Below are positions 35,201 through 46,500 of a stretch of DNA of 64,000 nt, one piece after another. This DNA is from Phoronis australis (taxonomy: Eukaryota > Animalia > Phoronida). Where the stretch lies: NCBI GenBank assembly GCA_002633005.1, contig NMRA01000272.1, positions 309,527 to 373,526 on the forward strand. The letters run 5' to 3'. How positions within the stretch are numbered: position 1 is the stretch's first letter; every line of letters begins with the position of its first letter. Under the pieces are notes generated by a model. It worked only from the letters and a program-made list of their open reading frames with translations. It searched no databases and was not told the origin of the DNA. A program made the position numbers and the translations under genes.

Positions 35201-38200
35201 CTCAGGTGAGCAAAACATTAGGAGTGCATTGAATAACGTAGAAAATAAATCTGGAACTAAATAAGGCGATCCAGATCCTCCCAAGCATACTATTTTTTCA
35301 CGAAATGTAAAATATAAATAGGTAAATAAAACAACAAGAATGGATCAACTGAAATTTTCGGATATAATAATGTCCTTCGTCAACATAAACAGAAATAAAG
35401 TAAAATCAAACACTATATGACAATTGACATTTAAGATGTGGCGATCTTTTTGATATTGTAGAACAAGCTTGGGTCAATACTTGTATAAAGTTGAAAAATG
35501 GCTGCCACAAGTTGCGTGCTGGAATATGTAAAGCGTAAATATGTATTGAGGATGAATGTAAATGAGATATATCTTGAGCAGCAACACTTATCTACCAGAA
35601 GGTCCTCACAAATACGTGTAAAAACTGTAAAGGGTGAACAGTGGTATAAACAATTAAAGGACATGGACTCAAATAAACAAAAAAATCATGTTTAATGTGA
35701 TAATGGTTGAGTCTGGTTATACATTGAAAAGTACTTGCAAGTTACGTTGAGCAAAGGTGGCTGAGCATTTTTTTCTTAACATCGTTAAAAGAATGCAAAT
35801 ACTCAAATACTCTCTTAACTGATTCGTTCATGCATTTATTGTTCAAGTGTATTTTTGATAGATTGATATACGTTCTTGACCTTCATTGCATTGAGGTACT
35901 ACTTTTTGTAATCGAAGTAATTGTGTTGTGAAACTGTTCCAATTCGGTATTTTTGCATCTGATCAGGTGTTCAGGTTTCACCATCGATTGGCCCCTTATA
36001 AAGTTGCCGTGACTACGCTTAACAGGAATTCTAGTGAACTCCACCTAGTGGCAGAGCACATAGTCAGGGAATTGAGACTTGGTGGTGTATCGGTGTTGAA
36101 CTGTACAGATACCTCTCCACATCTAGAGCAACAGTTTGCAAGGTACTTTTTATGCTTATGCATGTCATGGTATTGTCTCCTTCTCTTCTGGGCATCATTA
36201 CAGACATTAACGAAGTCAGGGCATTCTTCAAATCTTGAAAAGATGCACCTGGACGCAGTTTTAGTTTTCTTTGCATCTTCTTCGGTATCCACCAGGCTCT
36301 GTTTTGTGATGGATTTTCATATGATTTTGCAGGGATTGGACACTGTTTACCTATTTGCACACATAACCGAAGAATGCTGTGCACTCAAGTGGCAATTTGC
36401 TATTTGCGTTGCTTCCTTTAGTGAGAATGGTAGAAGCATTGAGCATCCTTTGTAGTGTTATCGTGCACCGTCATTGCACAACATTGGTTTTGTTTTGAAG
36501 TGCTACATTATTTTGCACTAATAAGTGCTGTAGAGATGGTTCTGCGCAACGACAGCGCATATCACTACCAAGACAGGTGGACAAACATCTAAGCACTGCT
36601 CATGCTAAAGAGATGGGTCAAAGTCAATGTGCACTAATATAATTAGCTTTCAAGTTTGTTTATCCACCATAAAACTGACCAATGCAAAGTAGCATTTATC
36701 TGAGTCCGCGGAAACCAATAGTTATTCTGATATTGCGGCAACATGGTGAAATACACCTCAACACTAGATGGCGATCGGTAGACAGTGTCCTGCATTCTTG
36801 TTTGGACTTAATGCTGTGGGATATTTCCCAGTACTTGTTTTTTGTTAATTCTTTGTGACAATCATGCAGTCAAATTTGCATTGTTGGGCGGTGTGATATT
36901 CGCTATTTATGTTTTGGGAGCTGGTTAAAATTTTGGACCACATATTATTAATAACAAATTTGCAACACTGGAATTGTCTGATGGCTTCGTGGGATACTAT
37001 ACACCAATTGAAACCTAATCTGTGTATGAGCAGACAGATATGCCAGAAATTATATCGTAACACCTGCTAGGTGTCGCTAGCAAGTTGTGATATTTCAGTG
37101 CACGTAGACATTGCTAATCTCATGCATAGAAAATATATTACACAGTTGGTGGTCCGTGAATTATATGTTTTACCTTAGCTGGAGTGCAACAAATTTATGT
37201 CAGAATTTAGTGCATTGCCCTAGGGGTGTGCTTAACAATCATGCATGCATCAATAATTTATTTCACAAAACCACTCTCTAGCTCAGAAATAATTCCCAAA
37301 ATTGTCAGTGTTCATGAGATGAACACTTTTATGTGACACAGAGTAAGTGAGCAACCAAGTCACGTGTGAATTTTTTTGTTTCAGTTTTGATGAAAAAGGA
37401 GTTAATTTCACAGTTATAATCAACGAGGAATCGATGAGCAGCGGAGTTCTAAAACTTAGGAACAGGGATACAGCTATTGAGGTATGAGCTGTGTGTACTA
37501 CCACCTTTAGAACCATGGCAATGAATTTAGAGGCTGTGAAAATGAGGAGTTATTTCTAGGTTTTTTACAATTTTAGAGAAGGCCTAATGGAGTTCCTAGC
37601 TTCTCCAGGCAATTGTGCCACCATATTTTTTTAGTTTGACTTTGTTTCGTTGTTCATCCTTACAAACTGCTGAACCCCTCCTGACACGGATTGGATTTTG
37701 CTAATTTTTGTTTGACTGGCACTAAGCCCACACTTAGTTTTGAGTCTAGTAGTGTCGCTCACACTAGTGCATGGAAATGTTGGAAAAACTGAACATCCTT
37801 TGTCTTTGCCATGTTGAGTAAATGAACTGGTTTTAGAAAGAGCTTTTTCAAGAATTATCCATCACTGTGTTTGCACATTAGCAAAATTTGCTCAATATTT
37901 CAAAAAATCATGTCAGCTTGCTTTTTGGTGAATTCACCCTAGAATTTGTATATGGTATTGGCAGTGTTAAAACCAGAGTGTACTAAACTCACCATGCTAC
38001 CTAACACCATCAAGGCAACACTCCTCGGCATGTTGATTAGACTTGCTCACTTTGAACAGCTACATTTGAATTATTTCACACACTCCAGCAGGACCACACC
38101 TCATTTAGTGTAAACTGAAGCTTACTAATCTCAAAAGCAAAGCTTAATTTTTGGACTTAGAAAACTTACTAGACAAGAGCAACGCTACTAGGTGCCACAG

Positions 38201-39141
38201 TCAACTGCCCTATTCACACCAAGAACATGTATGCCAATTTTCACAATCATCCTTAGAGTGATTTGGTTGATAGAGGAGCTGATGCCAAAAACAGTAAAAA
38301 TGGTCGCTAGATGGCGCAAAATATGTCAAATCTATCCCAAAATGGGAAAATGTTGACAGTTTCCTCAATAAAAAGTTATTTCCAAAATTTCATAGAAAAT
38401 CTGTCGAGGAACTTCAGAGAAACAGAGGAAAATGGAAAAAAATGAAATTGCGACTAGGGGGCACAGCATTGGTCGGATCAGTCTGAAAACTGTCGCCGCC
38501 TGTTGTCAACTTCATATCATTTGCTAAATTTAGTTAAAATCCTGCAGTGGGTTTAGCACATACAGCTATGGGCGCAAAAAAACTGCCACTGGGAGGCACC
38601 AAAGTAGTTAAAGTCGTCGGAAAATCGTCAACTGTCCTCTTCACACTAAATATGCCAATTTTCACAATCATCCTTAAAGTGGTTTGGTTGATAGAGGGGT
38701 GGATGCAAAAAAACTCGAAAACAGTAAAAATGGCCACTAGGTGGTGCAAAATGCTTCGAATCTGTTCGAAAACGGGGACGATAGCATCGTCTTACTAATT
38801 GATGCCTATTTGCCAAATTTCACAAAAACCCGTTGAAGAGGCTTGAAGATACAGATAAACGTAAAAAACTAAATTGCCACTATGAGGCACACCGGTAGTC
38901 GGATGAGGGTGCATAAAAAATAGCCTCTCAGCAATCTGTAAGAGACGTATGTCAAGAAAATGGATTACCGTCATCATCTAAGGTTGACCAACTGAGCAAC
39001 ATAATGTTGAAAAGTTTGAGGAAAAATGTATTTCCTTAAAGTTTACTGTTGACGTTTTCAGGACTCGTTTTCTTTCCTTTTCAGGAAGCTGTCCATATTT
39101 CAAAACTGCCAGAGAAAATTAACAAGTATCTGGGGAGCTGA
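29260..39141 (+). CDS. POLG2: Mitochondrial DNA polymerase gamma accessory subunit, 9 coding exons, about 358 aa
   Basis: Exons 29260-29402, 31888-32000, 32251-32374, 33417-33522, 33733-33873, 35086-35205, 35967-36142, 37385-37481, 39085-39141 (1077 nt, in frame, GT-AG). Motifs YGPLGALLRRNLIEEWW, PFGVAQ, DYWQRVRLKWWKR, YKCPWG..IETI, FHHRLAPYKVA, FDEKGV.FTVII...GVLKLRNRDT, HISKL match the GlyRS-like POLG2 fold. Mostly missed by the ORF track. Confidence 0.88.
29484..29578. mobile_element. About 95-bp palindromic mini-copy of MITE family B
   Basis: CGTGAAC..CTTAATCTCTAGATC.GTATGCG-aa-CGCATAC.GATCTTGAGTTTAAG..GTTCACG: two TIRs joined head to head. Confidence 0.75.
29705..30310. mobile_element. 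MITE family B copy carrying a nested family C insertion
   Basis: Ends CGTGAACTTGGAAT and ATTCCAAGTTCACGCAC; the body aligns with 56895-57260 except for the insert at 29814-30061. Confidence 0.75.
29814..30061. mobile_element. GC-rich MITE family C with 5-bp TSD (ATAAA)
   Basis: CATGCAC..GGGGGGCTCGAAT and ATTCGAGCCCCC..GTGCACGCATG; ATAAA on both sides; inverted copy at about 49805-50042. Confidence 0.82.
31215..31373. mobile_element. CAGGGGCGGATCCAGG-type MITE with 5-bp TSD (TATTC)
   Basis: CATAGGTGGATTCAGG...CCTGGATCCGCCCCTG, flanked by TATTC on both sides. Confidence 0.75.
32657..33260. mobile_element. Non-autonomous TIR element in POLG2 intron 3
   Basis: GGGGTTCGCTTCATGAAA..AGACCGAAATCAGGCCAA mirrored by TTAGCCTGAATTTCGGTCT..TTTCACGGAACAGCCCC. 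Confidence 0.65.
38172..38900 (+). repeat. Pearl/HINE-like array of about 140-bp subunits (about 430-bp higher-order duplication) with CTCF-like motifs
   Basis: Starts ACAAGAGCAAC; 38200-38350 aligns with 38627-38780; six CCACTAGGGGGC-like cores. Confidence 0.75.
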
Positions 39142-40502
39142 GTGAAAAGACGCATTAATGCTTCATAGCAATATTTTATTAAGTCTTTTATCTCCCTAGT
39201 CAAAGAGCTATACAACTGTTCAGCTAATCGTACAAGCACTAATTCTAACCAATTATGAGAATTCCTCCACTTCTTTCAAATGGTAAACAGAAAATATTGT
39301 CAAGTTTATTCCAGTGAAATGTTGGGCAAGAACACAAAACAAATACCTTGGTATGTACAGGTAGTTGGAAATCGACCAACTGAGTAAAAACAAAGCATCT
39401 TTAAGTCATTTGGCAGAAAGAACATACCTTTCAGGATTTGTTTATCAGTTATATGGAATTTCAGCATTCTGTGTTGCCTTGAGCAAATAAAACAAAAATA
39501 TAAAACATTGGCATTTTACAGCCTTCCTCACCGACTAAATTTGGTATGTGGAAAAACTAAAGGTATGTTTTGCTCAGATTTAAGTCAATACACAAATATA
39601 TAGTTGAAGCCAACAATCTTTTGGATTTTGTGTCTGCAACACAAATAACAGTTGAATACTTGCAACAAACCATTCAATCTATCATATCTTGGTCCAATGG
39701 GGTATCCCATGTTCTCGTTGACGTGTACCCAGTAACAAAACCATTGCGTATAGTCACATTTACATGTACACTAACATAATTTACACTTGTGCTACACAGG
39801 ATAAGTGTAAAAGATCCCTTCAACAGCTTGCATGCAGTTTGCACTTAATGGTTGCCCAATCATAAAATCAACTCAGCCAAGTTGATGTACAAGGTCCTCA
39901 CTGGACAAACATACAAACTGTGTTGTGTTTTCACATCCTAATCTTGCGTTGCGTCAATTCACAGAGACAAGCACAGCTGCACATTATTTTAACTTGCTGA
40001 CGATGTCGCTATCATTTTTACAACAAAGGAATAAAACTATACACCGCTATGTAATCATATGTCTTGTAAAGCAGAAAAAGCTTCGGCTTTTCAAACATGG
40101 CTCAAGATTTTCAAAACATGAAGCACTGTGTGTGAATGCACGTGGGCAGAACTGGGAGCTTTAAATAGTGGAAAGTAATAGAAATGTGAGAGCAAGCACT
40201 GAATGTTTTTCTAAGAAACCATAGCACCAATGAAACATTCCATTGCAAACATTCAGGTATAAACCCTAAGACCATTGAGAATTGCTGGTTACAAAGCGTG
40301 CACAGGTTGCTGTTGTACTTTCTGACATCTGACAAAACACATGAATGCAATAATAACCCATTACACATATTTACAAGCGCTACATCCAAGTATGACTGAT
40401 CGTAAACTCCAGTTGTTGTCATACATCAACCATCACGATAGTTGGCAGAGGTCCATATCAAAGAATAACTGTTATCTGCACACCATGTCCCTTCTAGTTT
40501 AT

Positions 40503-43500
40503 TTATGCTGGTAGACTCAACTTCTTTCCTTTCAAAACTGAAATGAGAAACGTAGGTTTATCTACAATTACAGATAACACCTATAAATTTGGCTAGGCTG
40601 TTCTCCCTACCGTCTGACATGAAGTTTTTAATATACTGAAACTGAGACAGAATAGAGGAAGATGTGTACATGAAAATAGATTATTCCTGCATTGTCTTTT
40701 TTCAACATCAAAATTCACAACACACGAAATACTGTGATCAAAGGCAACTCCAAAAAGTTCACTGAAATGTACTTTACTTTCACTTGAATTAAAACTATTG
40801 TTCAAGCATGCACTCCGAGGTACTGATGTGTAAGAATGGAGTTTTCATTAATAAGCATGCAGCTACTCTAATTCTACCAGAGCACTAGTGTAACTGGGTA
40901 ACCTGAAGAAACAATTTTACCCACCACGCTACCATGCCATTACCAACAGAGACGAGCATAACATAAAAACACCTCTTCATTACCTATTTGTCATTTAGAC
41001 CTTATGCAAGATACTTAGGTTGATTTTCAACCAGCATGCACAAATGCTTTCATCGTTAGTTAATTGCCATTCACATTTGTGACGAACACGGTATTTTTGG
41101 TTAATGGGGAATAAAGATGGTATCCTTGAAAAGGCTGGAATGACTTGAGAGCAAAGGGAACCCAACAAATAGTTGTGAAGAGAGAGTTAGCAACGAAAGC
41201 AGAACATGAACCCCGGAGGGACAGATACATTTTAGTTTTTACTGCCTTCTTTAAACCTCGTTGACACTGGTTGGCAAGATTAACTTCTCTCCCTTCGCCA
41301 CTGAAAAGTAAAGATTCGAGGTCGTAAACCACCTGTGAACACCACTTGGCATTTTCCCATATGAAAACATGTACATGATCACCTCAGCAAATTGCCCAAT
41401 CATACCGTTGTTTTTAACTGTGCCAGAAGAAGTACAAAAATTAAAAAAATAATCAATACTCGTAATTTGATAGTGTGGTCTGCATGTGGTACAAACTTGT
41501 ACAACTTAACTGAATTCACCAGCACAGCTTGACCATATGGCATCTCCGTGTGAACGGGTTATGTTTGTCGTAGTGCTACCAGAGACACCACAAGAGCAAA
41601 TCTTTTTTAATATTTCAGTTTCACAAAAACAAGAGCACACTGACAATAATCGGACCACTTTTCACGCCGTAACTGTCCCGGCTTTTACATCTGTCAAATA
41701 AGTTCCCTAATTAAGGCCACCAGCCATGTGGAACTTAATGAAACATTCGTGTTTAACCTGAACGTACTGAATTGATTTCCAGGCTACTTTTGGTATGGAG
41801 AACTGGTGTTCACAGGCGCACTATGCACACCATAGTAGCAGAAGCCGATGACTTCCAACCAGTGTCTACAAGCTACCTGTTTAGTTAGTTTAATTTTGGT
41901 GACTTTCCTACAACACTGACACTGTATTCAGTGAGTGGATATAAAGGATGACAAACAACACGTAAAATAGAAAGAGTCCAAGATCAACAAGAAGTTAAAA
42001 ATCAACAACACAAATGCCATCTGATGTTGTTTTGTTAGTTACCAAATACAAACACGTCAACTGAGGTTAATTTAACACAAGGTTTGCCCAGACTTCAAAA
42101 GAGACCGTAAGTATCAAAATGAAACTCGAGCTTGACTCTCCTTCGTTCTTTGTGTTTTAAGTCAGAACTGGAACATAAACTTAAGCTAACCCTTTTCACC
42201 TAATGTATACGATGATGATGATGACTTGAATAAGGCAACATAATTTTAGGATTGTTCAGATAATGTGCAAACTATGGCATAGAGAAACTTAGAAAACCAA
42301 CATCATTCTTGGCTTCAATAATCAGGGCTCCCAACCCATTTCAGTAGGTACATAATTTCTAACCTTCGTGCTATAGATCCGTATTTGTGCTATTAAAAAC
42401 TCAGCTCATCACATTGATGTTTTGGGGTTGGAATAAATGACTTCTCCCCAGCAAACCAGTGCACAACAAATCTCAGAATCTCATAGCAATTCCTGATCAA
42501 TGCAGATCTTGTAGGTGCTCGGGTTCTCAGTCCTGAAGTCAGTGTGACTTCATTCCCCCATATTCTAAATGTAACCTAACAGACCTTTTGTAAAAAGATG
42601 AAACAAGATGGATTTTTGTCCCACTTCCCTTGGCGTCATGGTGTTAATGAGGACTTAACAGAGGGAAAAGGAAACACTTGAAGGATTTCATGCTAGCTTT
42701 CCTCCTGCAGGCTTCTAAACCTTGACGCGAGATTATGCAACATGATGGTGGTTTTGTTTCAATTTTCCACCAAGTTTGGAAACCTGCAAGTGGTCCATTC
42801 CTTGTAATACTGTTTCTGAAACTCCACTCTCGGCACTTGACATGATTCCCACAGCTAGTAAATCCCACTATGCTAAGCCATAAAGTGCATTTTTCATTGG
42901 TCATTCATTCACAAAAAACTTCAACTGACCAATCACGAAAGAGAAAGCCCAATATGCAAATTACATTGTACAGGTACTTGTTGGTCAAATCTTGCACTCT
43001 CCACTCACAACATTTACCAAAATTTTCAACCTTGATAATCGCCGATCTGGTGGTTCAAAACACCAATAATTTTAAAAGCATTCCTTATTTTCAGCCGATT
43101 TTTAAAAGAACTAAATGCTCAAAATCCATAATACTTCAAGACCCGTAAGTAGTGATTTTTAAGAGATCAAAGTACGTAAAACATGGGTTAATACCTAATT
43201 ATCGGTTTTCATGAAGATCGTAAAAAACCTCAATAAATATTGACGCAGACCAGAAATTAATGTCAGCCATGCACTCTTCAACTTTCACCATAAATTCAGA
43301 CCTGTGTACCACTAAAACTGCTTTAGAGTATTCTGCATAACAGATCTGCAGAAAAATTACAAAAAATAGTTGCCAACCTTCATAACTTTGTCTAGGAACT
43401 AACTAGATACTAAAGCAAAGATAAAACCTAAAATTGCCACTAGGGGGCACAGTGAAAGTCGTATCTATGCAGAAGTCATTGTCATCTGCCCTATAGGAAC

Positions 43501-46500
43501 ATGTCTGTGAATTTTCAAGCAGATCCTCCAAGGGATTTAAAGATATAGCAGACGACACTGGACAGAAATGACTACGCTATGCACACACATATATGTGGGC
43601 ACATAACCAAAAATGACAGCTTGAAAAAGACTGAGGAGTACTGCAAGAGACAGAGAGATTCCACAAACAACAGCACACTATTGATGTCAACACACAATTA
43701 CCAAATCCCTACCTTTTGTTATATATAAGTAGAAGAAATCGCAGTAAAGAATGGTTTGAACGCATCCAGCCACAACAGCAATCAGATCAAAGTAACTTTC
43801 AGTGTAATATCTGTAGACCCAGTTGAATAGGTAGAGGGCGCGGTAGGCACCAAGGGCAAACAGGTAGTGACTGGTGATGGTCTCCGCCTCACCGGTTTTG
43901 CTGACCATGAACAGCTGGGGCAAAATGGCAACAGATTCCAGGTAAATGGAGAATGTCCAAAGAATCTGCAAGAAAAAGGAATTGAAAAAGACATAAAATT
44001 CACCAGATATCAAGAAAGTAGCTGGTAAAAGAATGTTAGGATGTAACGGGCTCTCCGTACACATCCAATAGTAGACCATAGGATACCGCATCAAATTCAT
44101 ATAAAGATCGGTTGGAAAAGCATCCATTCCATAATATTTTAATCATTTTAATCTAATTACACAAAACTTGTAACAGGTTTGATTTGTAGTAGCCATTTAA
44201 ATATATTTAAGAAAAAAATCACCAGCCACTAAGTGGATATTTAATGCAAAAGAAAACAGTACAGCAAAATGTAGACTGTAATTCAGATACATAAATAGAA
44301 TGCTTGATCCACAAATTTTCATCTTAACATGTTTATACAGGTACCACCACTTCACACTTCATTGATGTGTTCTCTGACTATAAAATTGGTGAGCCCAGAT
44401 TGAATGGCAGGTAGGGAAACGCTCCCAAACTCACTATCAATAACATTAGTGTTCACAGTCTCAACAAGTTGTAATAAAGGACCACAATATACACAAACAC
44501 AGCATGTCCCAAGATGGAGATAACTCAAATAAAGGCAGTAAAGACACAATGGAACAAAATTGAATAAGTATAGTGAAAAACAGCTAAGCTAAACAAAATA
44601 AATTTTAACACTGGTTATTCCAGAGTGCTCACTGGTACAACAAAGCTCGATCAGATAATACTAGTACTTCAAAATATGCTTGAAATAAATCAGAAGTAAT
44701 CTGGATTACCCATGAATTTTATAACATAACAAATGGAATGGTGTGTTCACGAGACAAATTTAAACACCTAAATTCAACAGACGGCACGTTACCTCTAATG
44801 CAGTGAAGTCGTGGTTGACAAGGAATGCCAGCCCTCCAACAGGAACAACCAGAAACTCCATCCTGAACGAGTCGTGGTTGCTGTCGTAAGTAGCACGGAA
44901 CTTAACAAACATCAAGTAGAGAGTCGCATATGACGATGCTAAGAAGAAACACTTCATGACAGAGTTGTAGACGGACACAAAGTTGGTGAACAGGTCCAAA
45001 TACCGAGTGGTAAAAACCAGTGCGAACAGGATCTGACTACGCCCGGATATACCTGAAAGGGGTGGAAGAAAACATCAACAGTGCACACAAGTATAAATAA
45101 GTGAAAAGGGGACCTTAAAATGAAAATTTCAATGCTTTTTGAAACTTAACTGTCCCTTCAATAAATACTGGCTTGTAGAAACACTATCTGCATTTTCAAA
45201 ACTAGGCCACTTACCCTCACCAAATTTGTCTCAGGGGATAGGGGTAAGGCAAATGTAGTGGTAGTCCTTTAGAAGACCAAAAATCCCATCTCATCTCAGA
45301 GGGGAGCAAGTCGAGGTCAATCTTATAGTGGTAGACGAATTAAATCAAAGCGTAGTTTCTTCGACAGAATGCAGATTTATTGCCACTGCTACATACAACT
45401 ATTTAATGTTGTGAGAGCATAAAAGCGTCTTCCACTTGACCCATTTAAACTTGACTTAATTTCTATTTCTGGTATGTAAGACAGGGGCCCGAGTTGACTA
45501 GGACGAAACACAAATTCTTTCATCCATGGAAACTAGACATTTTTGTGAATTGTTTGAATAGCTCACTACACAAAATAGCAATTTTGACAACATGGTTGTT
45601 GAAAGGAATGTATAAAAAATCTTGGGAAGTTCCCCAATGCATTCAAGAATGCAAAACACTATCCATCAATTACCATATCGTCATCTAGTGACAAATCGCA
45701 TTTCATCATGTCACTGCTATATCCGAAAAGGACTTCCTAAGAAATGATTTAATTTCCTTTTCAAAAAGCCTGAATGACCATGAAAGAGATAACACCGAGC
45801 TCAAACCCTTGATCTTACATACATTAGCACTACATGTACTAGTCTCAGCCTTGCCAAAACAGCTATATTCACAGAGCTAACCACAGGGTCCTAATTGAGT
45901 ATGATACCGAGGATGTCCATTAAAAACAAGACAAGCTAACAAATACTGGTAGTCTAAGCTGCCACTGACAACTGAATATTAAATGAACTTTAACTATGAA
46001 GCAATGTGTAGGGATGACATATTAAATAGCTATTTGTTCAAATGAAAAAAATAATTCTACATCCAAATTTAAGAAAAAATGATTAATGTATATCATTCCA
46101 TGGCCTACGATGGCAGACATTGCATTCCCATAATCTCACCACTAGACTATAAGAGCTGACATAATTCAAGCTTCTTAAAATAAATTAGAATCTTACATTG
46201 AGTGTTCAATTAAGCTCATGGTACAATTATTTTATTCACACTTTCACAAACCAGCACTTTGAACTAGCAAGTCTCTATATCTGGCTTTTCCCGGACAACT
46301 TCTAAGATGTTCATTACATTGAAATCTCATCAAATTAGAACAAAACACGGTGGACATAAGCAGTTTTTCCATGGAAAGCACGTAGCACCAAATTAAATGT
46401 TTTCCCGTGTTCACAGTTCTGTACCATAGCTGCCATTAGACAGTTGTCTTCACAACAATGTTAGAAGCCCTTGAAAAATGAGAAAAGCACAATTTTTGTC

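Noticed and set aside
35928-36455. 175-aa ORF as a stand-alone gene
   Set aside because: Only 35967-36142 is a POLG2 exon; the rest is intron read-through.
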